From Kiritimatiellia bacterium (GTDB taxonomy: Bacteria; Verrucomicrobiota; Kiritimatiellia; RFP12; UBA1067): 53,100 nucleotides of DNA. Of this stretch, positions 29,703-40,141 are shown piece by piece. Both the position numbers and the translations under genes were made by a program. The DNA lies in NCBI GenBank assembly GCA_046482825.1, contig JAWOEI010000093.1, forward strand, positions 1-53,100, in the 5' to 3' direction. The first letter of the stretch is position 1; each line of letters begins with the position of its first letter. Under the pieces are notes generated by a model that worked only from the letters and a program-made list of their open reading frames with translations, was not told the DNA's origin and did not search any database.

Positions 29703-31097
29703 ATGGAATTACGCAGTACATTTTATGGTGGCAAATCAGGTCTGCGGCTGGAAATCATACTTTTTGCAGTGATTTTTTCAGCCGCTTTTCTTGCTGGTTA
29801 TATTCTTTTTGTTTTAAAATCGGATCATCAGGAAAAAACCCATATCGAGGCGGTTGAAAGAGTTATTGACCAGGGAGACCAGCTTCTCAAAGCACTGGTG
29901 ACCCATACAGAATACTGCTGTTCAACCAATCCGACGCCTGAAGAGTGGAGAAAGTTTTCCTCGCTTGTAGACAGGATTCTGGCTGTTAGAAAAGATATTC
30001 AGTCTATATCTATACGGAACGGAGATCTTACGGTGTTTCACCGGCAGGCGGACGGCGTGCTTTACCCTCAACAGAATGCCGTCCGCTCAGAATTGTCGGA
30101 CAATAAAACTATCATGTCGCGGGAGACGATAGACATCAACGGCAAGCAGGAACCGGTGTTTGTTTTTTCCAGACGCACTTCCGGCGATCCGGAGAACAAG
30201 CTTGTCCTTGAAACCACATTCACACGCGACGCAGTCACGGATAAAGAATCGATTGCAAACCAGATGATAGAGTCCTTATTCAATTTCTCACTAACAGTTC
30301 TCATTCTCTCTTCTGTCTTATCCGGCATGATTCTGGTTATCGCCCTGGCCCGTGATAAAAAACGTCAGGAAATATCCCGGCAGGAAGAACATCTGGCCTT
30401 TTCAGGTGTTATGGCAAACGGCATCCTCCATGATTTCAGAAATCCTATGTCAGCCGTACGGCTAGACGCCCAGATGCTTGAACGAGAAACAAAACGTAAG
30501 GACGGGATGCGTCAGGAACGTGTTCATGAGCTGGCGGAACGCATTGCCCGCGCAATGGGACGTATGGATAAGATTTTCGCTGAATTTCTGTATCTTGCCA
30601 AACCCGGCAATGAAAAGTCCGGGCCTCTGGACCTGCCGTCCGCACTCGATGAATGCATCGAAATCCTTGCGCCGAGAATCGAACAGGCTGAACTGACTGT
30701 CGAAAAGAAATTTGACCGGGAAATGGCCCCTGTCGCAGCCTACGCATTTGCAATTAAACGCGCCATGCTCAATGTAATCATAAATGCAATACATTTTTCA
30801 CCTGAAAAAGGACGCATTCTGATATCAGCACATCATAAAAATTCCAAAGCAATAATCGAAATCTGCGATGAAGGCCCCGGAATTCCGGAGAAAAAACGTA
30901 AAGAGGTTTTCAAACTTTTTGTTTCCGGACGACCTGAAGGAACGGGTCTGGGACTCTTTCTGGCAAAAACAGCAATAACCCGATGCGGTGGTAAAATCGA
31001 GGCGGTTGACAGCAGAAATACAACCGGCGCAGCAATCAGAATTACACTGCCTTTATATACCGCCAAACAACAGAACCACCTTTCAGGAGACAGATGA
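29703..31097 (+). CDS. Membrane sensor histidine kinase
   Basis: Two TM segments flanking a periplasmic domain; H-box ILHDFRNPM, N-box NVIINAIH, DEGPGI and GTGLGL. The ORF-track ATG at 29670 overlaps the sigma54 promoter, so 29703 is preferred. Confidence 0.9.
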   Translation: MELRSTFYGGKSGLRLEIILFAVIFSAAFLAGYILFVLKSDHQEKTHIEAVERVIDQGDQLLKALVTHTEYCCSTNPTPEEWRKFSSLVDRILAVRKDIQSISIRNGDLTVFHRQADGVLYPQQNAVRSELSDNKTIMSRETIDINGKQEPVFVFSRRTSGDPENKLVLETTFTRDAVTDKESIANQMIESLFNFSLTVLILSSVLSGMILVIALARDKKRQEISRQEEHLAFSGVMANGILHDFRNPMSAVRLDAQMLERETKRKDGMRQERVHELAERIARAMGRMDKIFAEFLYLAKPGNEKSGPLDLPSALDECIEILAPRIEQAELTVEKKFDREMAPVAAYAFAIKRAMLNVIINAIHFSPEKGRILISAHHKNSKAIIEICDEGPGIPEKKRKEVFKLFVSGRPEGTGLGLFLAKTAITRCGGKIEAVDSRNTTGAAIRITLPLYTAKQQNHLSGDR

Positions 31098-31098
31098 C

Positions 31099-32481
31099 AT
31101 GAGTAACAGACCAGTAATATTAATTATTGAAGATGATCCTGACAACCTGCGATCTGTAAAAGACGTGGCTGAAGATGCGGGATTCAAAACCTATTGCAGT
31201 CTCAACGGGATGCAGGGCGTGGAACTTTTCAGAAATGAACTGCCTGACGTGGTACTCAGCGATCTGGTTCTACCTGACATCGACGGTTTTGAAGTGCTGA
31301 AGCGCATTAAACATATCAAAAGCTCCATTCCCTTCATTATAATGACGGCCTACAGCTCGGTTGAATCAGGGGTCCGGGCTATGCGTGAAGGCGCCTATGA
31401 CTACATTACGAAACCCCTGGACATCGACGACATTCAGTCAAAACTGCGCCGTGCCTATGAAACATCATTGCTGCGTAAAAAAGTGGACAGCCTTTCCAGG
31501 TCGGTAAAAGAACGTTACGCTAAAACCGCAATCATAGCCGAGTCAATCGGCATGAAAAACGTTCTTGCCAAGATAGAAGCCCTTGCCGATACAAGTGCCA
31601 CCGTACTGATTCGCGGTGAAAGCGGCACCGGCAAGGAACTTGTCGCCAGAGCGCTGCATGTGGATTCTATCCGGGGAGAAGGCCCGTTTGTAGCTGTTAA
31701 CTGCGGAGCATTTGCCGAAAACCTGCTGGAATCGGAGCTTTTCGGACACGAAAAGGGTGCTTTCACCGGAGCATCCGGAACACATAAAGGAGCCTTTGAA
31801 AGAGCACATGGAGGCACCCTTTTCCTCGATGAAATCGGTGACGCACCGCAATCAGTACAGGTCAAACTCCTGCGTGCGCTGGAATTGAAAGAGGTGCGCC
31901 GGGTTGGCGGACGGGAGACCTTCAGTGTCAATGTGCGTCTGGTTTCGGCTACCAACAAAGATCTGGAAGCCATGGTTGAAGAGGAGAACTTCCGGGAGGA
32001 TCTGCTCTATCGTCTTAATGTGGTCACCCTGCAAATACCGCCGCTGCGCGAAAGAATCGCGGATATACGTCTGATGACAGACCGTTTTATAGCATCTGCA
32101 ACAGCCGACAACAATATACAGGTTCACCGTGTTGATGCATCTTTTTACGATATGCTTGAGACTTATGACTGGCCGGGCAATGTACGTCAGCTTAAGAATG
32201 TTATTGAATCAGCTGTGCTGCTTTCCCCCGAAGGCATTCTTAAAGCAGAATCCGTCAATCTTCCTCAGACCGCTATCCGAAAAAAAAACACACGAACTCA
32301 GGAACCGGCTTCTGACGGCATCGGGGAATTCGATGATCTCACACTGGATGAAATAGAAAAACTGGTACTTGAAGAGCGTCTGAAAAAAAATAACGGCAAC
32401 CGCACGCTTACCGCTGAACAGCTGGGTATATCCCGCAGAACAATACAACGCAAAATTAAAGAGCATGAGTTACCTTACTGA
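31099..32481 (+). CDS. sigma54-dependent response regulator (NtrC/ZraR family: REC-AAA-HTH)
   Basis: IIEDD, SDLVLP, GESGTGKELVA, ESELFGHEKGAFTGA (intact GAFTGA), LFLDEIG, FREDLLYRL, WPGNVRQL and Fis-type HTH. AGGAG precedes ATG 31099. Confidence 0.95.
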   Translation: MSNRPVILIIEDDPDNLRSVKDVAEDAGFKTYCSLNGMQGVELFRNELPDVVLSDLVLPDIDGFEVLKRIKHIKSSIPFIIMTAYSSVESGVRAMREGAYDYITKPLDIDDIQSKLRRAYETSLLRKKVDSLSRSVKERYAKTAIIAESIGMKNVLAKIEALADTSATVLIRGESGTGKELVARALHVDSIRGEGPFVAVNCGAFAENLLESELFGHEKGAFTGASGTHKGAFERAHGGTLFLDEIGDAPQSVQVKLLRALELKEVRRVGGRETFSVNVRLVSATNKDLEAMVEEENFREDLLYRLNVVTLQIPPLRERIADIRLMTDRFIASATADNNIQVHRVDASFYDMLETYDWPGNVRQLKNVIESAVLLSPEGILKAESVNLPQTAIRKKNTRTQEPASDGIGEFDDLTLDEIEKLVLEERLKKNNGNRTLTAEQLGISRRTIQRKIKEHELPY

Positions 32482-32607
32482 GACAGCCAATCACAATTTT
32501 TTTTCCGCTTATAGTGACAGAACAGGGATATTTTTGCTATTTTCTCAAACTGAATGTTTGAGTTTCACTGGTTATTATACAACAAATAATAAAGAGGATA
32601 AGTAAGA

Positions 32608-33342
32608 ATGCTAAATGTAAGTGACCTGAAAAAAAACTTCGGCCCTATTCAGGCGGTAAAAGGTATATCCTTTTCCGTTGAAAAGGGTGAAGTGTTAGGT
32701 TTCCTGGGGCCGAACGGCGCAGGAAAAAGCACGTCCATGCGTATGATTACCGGCTTTATACCGCCTACATCGGGTACAGTCTCTATCTGCGGACATGATA
32801 TTATCGAAGACCCTGTGGCAGCCAAAAAATGTATAGGCTATCTTCCCGAGAATGCACCGGCCTATCAGAATATGACTGTTGCAGAGTTTCTGACCTTCAT
32901 TGCAAAAATCAGAGGATTCAGCGGATCAGGGCTGAAGTCAAAGGTCGATGCGGCTGTCGCCAAAAGCCGGCTTGAGTCTGTTCTGAACCGCTCGATAGAA
33001 ACCCTCTCCAAGGGTTACAGACAAAGAACCTGTTTTGCGCAGGCGATAATGCATGATCCCGAAGTGCTGATTATGGATGAGCCCACCGACGGGCTTGATC
33101 CCAACCAGAAATATGTCGTGCACGAAATGATCAAAGATATGGCTGCTGACAAAGTGATTATAGTATCAACTCATATCCTCGAAGAGGTGGATACTGTGTG
33201 CAGCCGCGCAATTATCATTTCAGACGGTAAAATTGTTGCTAACGGAACCCCGGAAGAGTTGCGTTCACAGGATCCGCAGAAACGTCTTGATATGGTTTTT
33301 CGCAAACTCACCATGAAAGAAGAGGAGGCAGTAAATGAGTAA
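32608..33342 (+). CDS. ABC transporter ATP-binding protein (GldA-like)
   Basis: GPNGAGKST, LSKGYRQR signature, MDEPTDGLDPNQ and STHIL. Confidence 0.9.
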   Translation: MLNVSDLKKNFGPIQAVKGISFSVEKGEVLGFLGPNGAGKSTSMRMITGFIPPTSGTVSICGHDIIEDPVAAKKCIGYLPENAPAYQNMTVAEFLTFIAKIRGFSGSGLKSKVDAAVAKSRLESVLNRSIETLSKGYRQRTCFAQAIMHDPEVLIMDEPTDGLDPNQKYVVHEMIKDMAADKVIIVSTHILEEVDTVCSRAIIISDGKIVANGTPEELRSQDPQKRLDMVFRKLTMKEEEAVNE

Positions 33343-34081
33343 TCCAGCGCATATTCGTACTATCTTTAAACGGGAATTCAAATCTTATTTTAACTCCCCC
33401 GTGGCATATGTGTTTCTGGTCGCTTTTCTGGTTCTGATCGGATTTCTGACATTCGGCGTCACTATGTTCTACGAAAGGCGCCAGGCTGATCTGACCCCTT
33501 TCTTCTTCTGGCATCCGTGGGTGTATCTCCTGCTGATACCGGCATCGACTATGGGGCTCTGGGCTGAAGAACGCCGCACAGGAACCATTGAACTGCTTCT
33601 TACCCTTCCGGTAACACTGGTCGAAGCACTGGTCGGTAAATTCTTGGCCGCATGGGCTTTTATCGGAATTGCGCTGGCATTGACGTTTCCGGTAGTGCTG
33701 ACAACACTCTGGCTGGGGTCCCCGGATATGGGAGCCGTCATCGGCGGCTATTTCGGATCACTGCTGCTCTCAGGAGCATGTGTGGCAATAGGAATATTTG
33801 CCTCGGCATTATCCCGCAGTCAGGTGATAAGCTTTGTTATTGCCCTGGCTATCTGTCTGTTTATGCTGATCATAGGTTTTGATCCAGTAATTAATTCCGT
33901 TGCCAAGCGGGGAATTCCTTCCGCAATTGTTGACGGTCTGGCCGCCTGTTCCCTGATGCAGCATTTTGACTCCATGCGCCGGGGTGTCATTGATTTTTAC
34001 GATATCAGCTACTATGCAGGAGTCGTTATATTTATGTTAAGTGCCGCTCATTTTGTCACTGAGAGCCGTAAAGCCTCTTAA
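33335..34081 (+). CDS. ABC-2 permease (GldF-like)
   Basis: FKREFKSYFNSPVAYV, EERRTGTIELLLTLP, GKFLA, HFDSMRRGVID; multiple TM segments. Confidence 0.88.
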   Translation: MSNPAHIRTIFKREFKSYFNSPVAYVFLVAFLVLIGFLTFGVTMFYERRQADLTPFFFWHPWVYLLLIPASTMGLWAEERRTGTIELLLTLPVTLVEALVGKFLAAWAFIGIALALTFPVVLTTLWLGSPDMGAVIGGYFGSLLLSGACVAIGIFASALSRSQVISFVIALAICLFMLIIGFDPVINSVAKRGIPSAIVDGLAACSLMQHFDSMRRGVIDFYDISYYAGVVIFMLSAAHFVTESRKAS

Positions 34082-34104
34082 TCCCTAATTTAAGGAATTG
34101 AATC

Positions 34105-35994
34105 ATGTCTGACAAAAAACACATATCTGTTTCAAAAATCAGCGGCGGCATAGCCGGACTTATCCTGCTGCTTGTAATCATTATTGCTGTTAACATGATT
34201 ATCAGCAGTCTGCCGCTTCGTATGGATCTCACCGAGGAAAAACTTTATACCCTTTCAAAGGGTACGCAAAAGATACTTGGAAAACTTGAAGACGAGGTGA
34301 TACTGAAATTCTATTTCAGCAAAAGCTCCCGCGAAATGCCGCAGGCCCTCAAAACCTATGCTAATCAGGTTCAGGATCTTCTCAAAGAGTATGAAATTGC
34401 CGGCAAAGGCAATCTTATACTGGAGGCTTATGATACAGAACCTGATTCTGACGCAGAGGAGTGGGCACAGCGTTACGGCATAGAGCCTCAGCAGACATCC
34501 ATGCTAGGTTCACCTGTCTATTTCGGTATGGCGGCAATTTGCGACGATAACAAGGATGTTATCCCCGGATTCTCTCCGCAGACAGAATCCACACTGGAGT
34601 ACGATATCACACGGCTGATCACACGCGTTGCCTGGCCGGAAAAACCGGTAATCGGCGTAATGAGTTCACTGAGCGTCCTGGGGAGCTCTCCCAACCCCAT
34701 GATGATGCAGCAAGGTCAGAAGCCCGATGAAGGCTGGATGGCATTCCAGAATCTGCGCAAGGATTACACCGTACGTGAAATCCCCGCAGATACGGAAACA
34801 ATCGAGGACGATATAAAAACCCTGATCGTTATTCATCCTAAAAACCTTTCGGATGAAGCCCTTTTTGCCATTGATCAGTTTATTATGCGCGGTGGACGTC
34901 TGATTGCGTGTGTCGATCCGTTCAGTATTGCCGATTTTGAAAGCAACGCTCAGCAGAACCCCATGATGGGAGGCCGGGGCGGTCCCGAACAGCCGGGCCC
35001 TTCCACACTCGGAAGGCTCTTTGATACCTGGGGCATCGGGTATGACAAGTCAAAAATCGTGGCTGACCTGAGTTGCGCGACTAAACTCAACAGCGGTGAC
35101 GGACGCGTGGAAGACAATCCCGCGTTTCTCTCCCTTTCCGATGAAAACATGGCCGATGGCGATCTGCTGACAGCCCAACTCTCACAGGTGATGTTGCCCT
35201 TTGCAGGAGCCTTGCAGGACAACACCAGTTCAAAACTCACATTCACGCCTATGGTGGAATCCTCGGATGACAACTCCTGCATGATAGATCAGATGAATGC
35301 TCAGTTCGGCATGAGCGCAATGCGCGCGCAACTCAAGCCTGACGGGAAAAAACGTGTTATGGCGGCCCGTATCCAGGGTGAGTTCAAGACGGCTTTCACA
35401 GACGGCATGGTGGGATCCGCTACCAACAAGGTGGAAAATCTTCTCAGTTCCGGCACAAGCACTGTCATGGTTTTTGCCGATGCGGATTTTCTTAACGACC
35501 GTTTCTGTGTGCAGACAAGGAATTCTCTTTTCGGCCGTATTGCACAGCCTATAAACAACAACCTCACGCTTTTTGCAAATACGGTTGAACAGTTTGCAGG
35601 CAACGAAGAACTGATAGGCGTCCGTTCACGCGGAAACTTCGCCCGTCCTTTCACTAAAGTTGATAAACTTGAAGCAAAGGCCATGAAGAAGTGGCAGGCG
35701 GAGGAAGAACGCCTCGAGGCTGCGCTGCAGGAAACGCAGCAGCGTCTCTCCGAACTGCAGAAGCAGAAAACCGGGAACAAAAGCCTGATACTTTCGGAAG
35801 AGCAGCAGAAAGAGCTGGAACGTTTCCGCGAGCAGCAAGCTGATACCCGTAAACAGCTTAAGGAAGTGCGTAAAAACCTCCATAAAGACATCGAAGATCT
35901 CGGGAGAACAATCAAGGCAGTGAATATCGTCCTGATTCCTGTGCTGATAATAATTTTCGGCATTGTCCACGGAGTTCGCCGCAAAAAAAATTAA
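34105..35994 (+). CDS. GldG-family ABC auxiliary component
   Basis: TM followed by RMDLTEEKLYTLS, LEYDITRLI, AIDQFIMRGG, VFADADFL, coiled coil and C-terminal TM. Confidence 0.85.
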   Translation: MSDKKHISVSKISGGIAGLILLLVIIIAVNMIISSLPLRMDLTEEKLYTLSKGTQKILGKLEDEVILKFYFSKSSREMPQALKTYANQVQDLLKEYEIAGKGNLILEAYDTEPDSDAEEWAQRYGIEPQQTSMLGSPVYFGMAAICDDNKDVIPGFSPQTESTLEYDITRLITRVAWPEKPVIGVMSSLSVLGSSPNPMMMQQGQKPDEGWMAFQNLRKDYTVREIPADTETIEDDIKTLIVIHPKNLSDEALFAIDQFIMRGGRLIACVDPFSIADFESNAQQNPMMGGRGGPEQPGPSTLGRLFDTWGIGYDKSKIVADLSCATKLNSGDGRVEDNPAFLSLSDENMADGDLLTAQLSQVMLPFAGALQDNTSSKLTFTPMVESSDDNSCMIDQMNAQFGMSAMRAQLKPDGKKRVMAARIQGEFKTAFTDGMVGSATNKVENLLSSGTSTVMVFADADFLNDRFCVQTRNSLFGRIAQPINNNLTLFANTVEQFAGNEELIGVRSRGNFARPFTKVDKLEAKAMKKWQAEEERLEAALQETQQRLSELQKQKTGNKSLILSEEQQKELERFREQQADTRKQLKEVRKNLHKDIEDLGRTIKAVNIVLIPVLIIIFGIVHGVRRKKN

Positions 35995-36010
35995 TATGAG
36001 GATTAAAAAA

Positions 36011-37063
36011 ATGAAAAGAAATAAACTGATAGGACTTGCTGCCGCGGCTCTGGTTCTGAGTGTGGCGGCTTATATGACAAGCAGCAGCCGAAAAGTGAAA
36101 ACGCCTTCCTGTCTGGGAAAACCGGTTCTGCCGGGACTGGACCTGAGCAGGATACGTAAAATCGAACTCAAAGATAAAAATGATCAGACCCTCAAGCTGG
36201 AAAGCAGTGACAGCGGCTGGAAAATAACTTCACACTTCGATTATCCGGCCGATATACCCATCATCCGGAAACAGCTGCTGAAAATAAAAGAACTCAGAAT
36301 CGGTCAGAAAGCCGATGCTGAAAAAGTGACTGACGCAACTGTTCTTGATATGCAGGATAAAACAGGCAGATCCATCGCAACGCTGCGTCTCGGAGATGAA
36401 CATCTCGGTAAAGCCAGAGGACAGATGACTCAGTACAGCGGCGGCTCTTTCCCGGACGGACGCTATGTTGCGCCCGGAGGTGACGAAAAGGCATATCTGG
36501 TGAAAGAGCCTCTCAGCTCGTTTACACCGGATGTAAAGAACTGGACGGATACAGAGATTGTCGATATCTCATCATCAGATGTAAACGGCATAGCCCTTAT
36601 CAAAGGTGATGAGGTATGCACTCTCTCGAAAAAAGAAGGCAGTTGGACGGTCGCCGGATTAAATACAAATGAAGAATTCGACACATCTTCATCCTATTCG
36701 CTTGAATCAGCACTGAGTTCTCTCTCATTCACTGATCTTGGTGATCCGGCCATGAGTGACAGTGCAAGCGGCATTTCAACTGGAGCGTTTTACAAAGTTA
36801 CATTGAAGAACGGCGAAAGTTATACCGCATCACTCGGCAACACTACTGAAGGCAGCTCTGACCGATACATGAAAATAGCAGCTTCCTTCACCCCGCAGGG
36901 CACCAATGAAACCGTCAATACCGCAGCCCGGACGAAGATCGAGAACTTCAATGAAAAAACATCGGAATGGCTGTATGTCATTCCTTCACACAAAGCTGAA
37001 AGTATGCTGAAAACACGCTCCGACCTTGTTAAAAATAAAGAAGAGCAAGAGGAAAACAAATAA
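36011..37063 (+). CDS. DUF4340-like membrane-anchored periplasmic protein
   Basis: N-terminal TM, repeated W...YPAD / L.LG motifs, and the usual position after gldG. GAGGA precedes ATG 36011. Confidence 0.65.
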   Translation: MKRNKLIGLAAAALVLSVAAYMTSSSRKVKTPSCLGKPVLPGLDLSRIRKIELKDKNDQTLKLESSDSGWKITSHFDYPADIPIIRKQLLKIKELRIGQKADAEKVTDATVLDMQDKTGRSIATLRLGDEHLGKARGQMTQYSGGSFPDGRYVAPGGDEKAYLVKEPLSSFTPDVKNWTDTEIVDISSSDVNGIALIKGDEVCTLSKKEGSWTVAGLNTNEEFDTSSSYSLESALSSLSFTDLGDPAMSDSASGISTGAFYKVTLKNGESYTASLGNTTEGSSDRYMKIAASFTPQGTNETVNTAARTKIENFNEKTSEWLYVIPSHKAESMLKTRSDLVKNKEEQEENK

Positions 37064-37072
37064 TTCCGTTTA

Positions 37073-37142
37073 TCAGGCACGTCCGGTATTTCCGGCGTGT
37101 CTGACTGTTCAACAAAAAGTTAAGGCGGAGACTGCTCCGCCT
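37073..37142 (+). other. Two intergenic hairpins between the Gld-like and MoxR blocks
   Basis: TCAGGCACGTCCGG-TATTT-CCGGCGTGTCTGA (37073-37104) and AGGCGGAG-ACTG-CTCCGCCT (37123-37142). Neither has a good U-tail on the plus strand. Confidence 0.45.
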
Positions 37143-37162
37143 GCAATAAAAAGCATTTAACT

Positions 37163-38146
37163 ATGGATATTCAACAGACTACAAATATGATTGCCAGACA
37201 GGCGGAAAGCATAAACGCCATACGTGAAGAGGTGAACAAAGTCATTGTCGGTCAGGAAAAACTTATCGACAGACTTGTTATAGCGCTGATTACAGGCGGC
37301 CACATACTTCTGGAAGGTGTGCCCGGACTGGCAAAGACAACTTCTATCAGCACTTTGGCTCAGGCTCTCGGTCTGCAGTTTCAAAGGATATCCTTCACCC
37401 CCGATCTTCTGCCCGCGGATGTGATAGGAACCATGATCTACAACCCCAAAGATGCGACCTTCACACCAAGGCAGGGGCCGGTATTCACCAATCTTCTCCT
37501 TGCAGATGAAATCAACCGCGCACCTGCCAAGGTTCAAAGTGCTCTACTGGAGGCAATGCAGGAAAAACAGGTGACTATCGGTGACAGCACATATACCCTG
37601 CCTGAACCTTTTCTGGTGATGGCTACACAAAATCCCATTGAACAGGAGGGCACATATCCTCTGCCTGAGGCACAGGTCGACCGCTTTATGCTGAAATGCG
37701 TTATCACTCATCCGTCACGCGAAGACGAACGCCGCATCATGAACCGCTTCACTGGAGGACAGCGTTCCGAAGTCAGATCAGTTCTGAATGCTGATGCAGT
37801 CCACTCTCTGCGCGAAACTCTCAGTCAGGTTTACTGCGATGAAAAAGTCGGTGATTATATTCTGGATATCGTATTCGCAACCCGCGAACCGACCGGAACG
37901 CATCTGAAGAAACTTGCCGGACAGATACAGATGGGAGGTTCTCCGCGCGCAACACTCTGTCTGAACATCGCCGCACGTGCCAACGCCATGATTAACGGAC
38001 GTGCCTATGCAACACCGCAGGATGTGAAAGAAATTGCGCATGATGTATTGCGTCACCGTATTATGCTGACCTATGAAGCTGAAGCGGAGGAGATCACGTC
38101 TGACGACATAATCACAACCATACTTAACGAAATTCCCGTACCGTAA
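37163..38146 (+). CDS. moxR: MoxR family AAA+ ATPase
   Basis: GHILLEGVPGLAKT, FTPDLLPAD, LADEINRAPAKVQSALLEAM, ATQNPIEQEGTYPLPEAQVDRF and SPRA. Confidence 0.95.
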   Translation: MDIQQTTNMIARQAESINAIREEVNKVIVGQEKLIDRLVIALITGGHILLEGVPGLAKTTSISTLAQALGLQFQRISFTPDLLPADVIGTMIYNPKDATFTPRQGPVFTNLLLADEINRAPAKVQSALLEAMQEKQVTIGDSTYTLPEPFLVMATQNPIEQEGTYPLPEAQVDRFMLKCVITHPSREDERRIMNRFTGGQRSEVRSVLNADAVHSLRETLSQVYCDEKVGDYILDIVFATREPTGTHLKKLAGQIQMGGSPRATLCLNIAARANAMINGRAYATPQDVKEIAHDVLRHRIMLTYEAEAEEITSDDIITTILNEIPVP

Positions 38147-38204
38147 GGACAGGAAGCAATCCTGTCAGTGCCACCACAACATCTATACCCTACTGAAACA
38201 CGCG

Positions 38205-39083
38205 ATGATAAATACAACAGAACTGATGAAGCAGGTCGGAAGGATTAAAATTCTTACCGCTCACCTGATAGACGACCGTCTGGCCGGCGACTACCACTCT
38301 GTTTTCAAAGGACAGGGTGTGGAGTTTGACGAGGTGCGTCCGTATATCCCCGGTGATGATATACGCTCCATAGACTGGAACGTAACAGCTCGTACAGGGC
38401 ACCCGCATGTAAAACGGTTTTCTGAAGAAAGAGAGCTGACAGTCATGTTCCTGGTCGATGTTTCGGGTTCTCAGATATTCGGTTCCGGCACCCGGTCGAA
38501 ATCGGAACTGGCCGCAGAGATCACCTCACTGCTGGCCATGACGGCCATCCGAAATCAGGACAAGATAGGGCTTATACTTTTCAGCGACCGCATTCTTAAA
38601 TCAATACCTCCGCGTAAAGGCAGAACAGCGGTAATGCGGCTGGTGCGGGAGGTACTGGCGGCCGATGAAACCCGGGAAGGAACTGACATCACCGCAGCCC
38701 TGCGTTTTCTCAACAATATCCAGAAACGTAAAGCCGTTGTTTTTCTGGTTTCGGATTTTCAGGACTCAGGTTATGAGAAAGAGTTCAGAGTTACCGCGCG
38801 CAAACATGATGTAATCGCATGTCCGATTACAGACCCGTGTGAATTGAAGATCCCTGATGTCGGACTGGTGGAAATGCAGGATCCTGAAACAGGTGAACTC
38901 CTGCTTGTGGATACGTCTTCCTCAAGTGTGAGGCGCAATTTCGCCCTGCACGCGGAAAAGGAAAAGGAGAACCTGTCGCTTTTTTTTAAACGCAACGGAA
39001 TTGACACTATCCATCTTTTCACAGACAGACCTTACATAGATGATGTACGCGCCCTCTTTCACCGGAGGGCAAAGAGACGGTAG
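38205..39083 (+). CDS. DUF58 (VWA-like) protein
   Basis: GDYHSVFKGQGVEFDEVRPYIPGDDIRSIDWNVTAR, ERE, DVSGS and SDF. Confidence 0.92.
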   Translation: MINTTELMKQVGRIKILTAHLIDDRLAGDYHSVFKGQGVEFDEVRPYIPGDDIRSIDWNVTARTGHPHVKRFSEERELTVMFLVDVSGSQIFGSGTRSKSELAAEITSLLAMTAIRNQDKIGLILFSDRILKSIPPRKGRTAVMRLVREVLAADETREGTDITAALRFLNNIQKRKAVVFLVSDFQDSGYEKEFRVTARKHDVIACPITDPCELKIPDVGLVEMQDPETGELLLVDTSSSSVRRNFALHAEKEKENLSLFFKRNGIDTIHLFTDRPYIDDVRALFHRRAKRR

Positions 39084-39090
39084 TTGTTTC

Positions 39091-40056
39091 ATGAGAAAAT
39101 TCTACATACTTATAACTCTTATTCTGACGTTAAACCTGCAAGCCCAGTTTAGCGCTGAACTCCACAAGGGGGATGTCGCAGTCCGGCTGAGTGCTGAACC
39201 GCAGACCATAGATCCCGCGCGCGATCTGATGCTGACAATCAAAGTGGCATGCCCGACAACCATGCACGTGGATCTTCCCGATCTGCAGGATCGTTTCCAG
39301 GGTTTTTCAATGGCTGAGGACTTTACTTCCGAACCGATAAACAGCGCCGGCAAAACTTTAATCACACAGCAATGGAAACTTACTCCTGAACCTGCTGCCG
39401 AACGCTACCGGCTTGCGCCCTTTGCCGTTACCGTCACTGATAAATCAGCAGATAAACCCCATAAATTTTCATTTGCCACCAAAGCTGTTGTTTTCCCGAA
39501 GCAGGAGCAACGCCCGCCTGTGACAGGTGAACCGGAAGTAACCCCCGAACCCGAGTGGATTGCCCCCCCAGCCAGGACAGTCACATTATGGATATTTGCC
39601 GCTATCGCCGGGTTATTTGCGCTTGCCGCTATTATATACGGATTAACCAGAATTTCCGTAAAAGTTAAAGAATTAAGGATGTCACCGCTTGAACGCGCCC
39701 TGGCGGAACTTGACAGACTCCTTGAACGCAACCTTCCGGATAAAGGACTGTTCAAAGATTTTTATGTTGAATTGACAATGGTTGTCAGGCGCTATATAGA
39801 AAGAGCCCATAAAGTGAGAGCGCCTGAACAGACAACTGAGGAATTTCTGGCGGCCGCCGGAAAGCATCCGGATTTTACACCGGAAGTTCTTGATCGTCTG
39901 AAAACTTTTCTGGAATCAGCTGACCTTGTAAAATTTGCCGGACAGGAAACAGATGCAGGAATGGCACGGGAAGCCACAGAAAACGCCCGCAGATATATAA
40001 ATTCCGATGCTGAAGCACTCTCATCTCAGGCGGCTGACCGGGATAGAGAAAGTTAA
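39091..40056 (+). CDS. Bat-operon exported membrane protein (Ig-like/BatD-like N-domain, TM, DUF4381/DUF4129-like tail)
   Basis: Signal peptide, internal TM, FYVELTMVVRRYIE, APEQTTEEFL and ADLVKFA. Usual position between DUF58 and batA. Confidence 0.75.
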   Translation: MRKFYILITLILTLNLQAQFSAELHKGDVAVRLSAEPQTIDPARDLMLTIKVACPTTMHVDLPDLQDRFQGFSMAEDFTSEPINSAGKTLITQQWKLTPEPAAERYRLAPFAVTVTDKSADKPHKFSFATKAVVFPKQEQRPPVTGEPEVTPEPEWIAPPARTVTLWIFAAIAGLFALAAIIYGLTRISVKVKELRMSPLERALAELDRLLERNLPDKGLFKDFYVELTMVVRRYIERAHKVRAPEQTTEEFLAAAGKHPDFTPEVLDRLKTFLESADLVKFAGQETDAGMAREATENARRYINSDAEALSSQAADRDRES

Positions 40057-40141
40057 TCAGAAACACGCAGGAAAGTTATACCCGACATACGCACAAACTG
40101 GAAATCTTCAACTTTAAAACTGAAAACATTATTTTAAACTC

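Noticed and set aside
32520-32545. sigma54 promoter upstream of the gldA-like gene (AGGGATATTTTTGCT)
   Set aside because: GG-to-GC spacing is 9 rather than the obligatory 10 nt, and there is no TGGCAC.
32608-35994. Evidence for gliding motility or type IX secretion
   Set aside because: GldA/F/G-like ABC genes are widespread outside gliding bacteria, and no gldJ-N or spr genes are present in the window.
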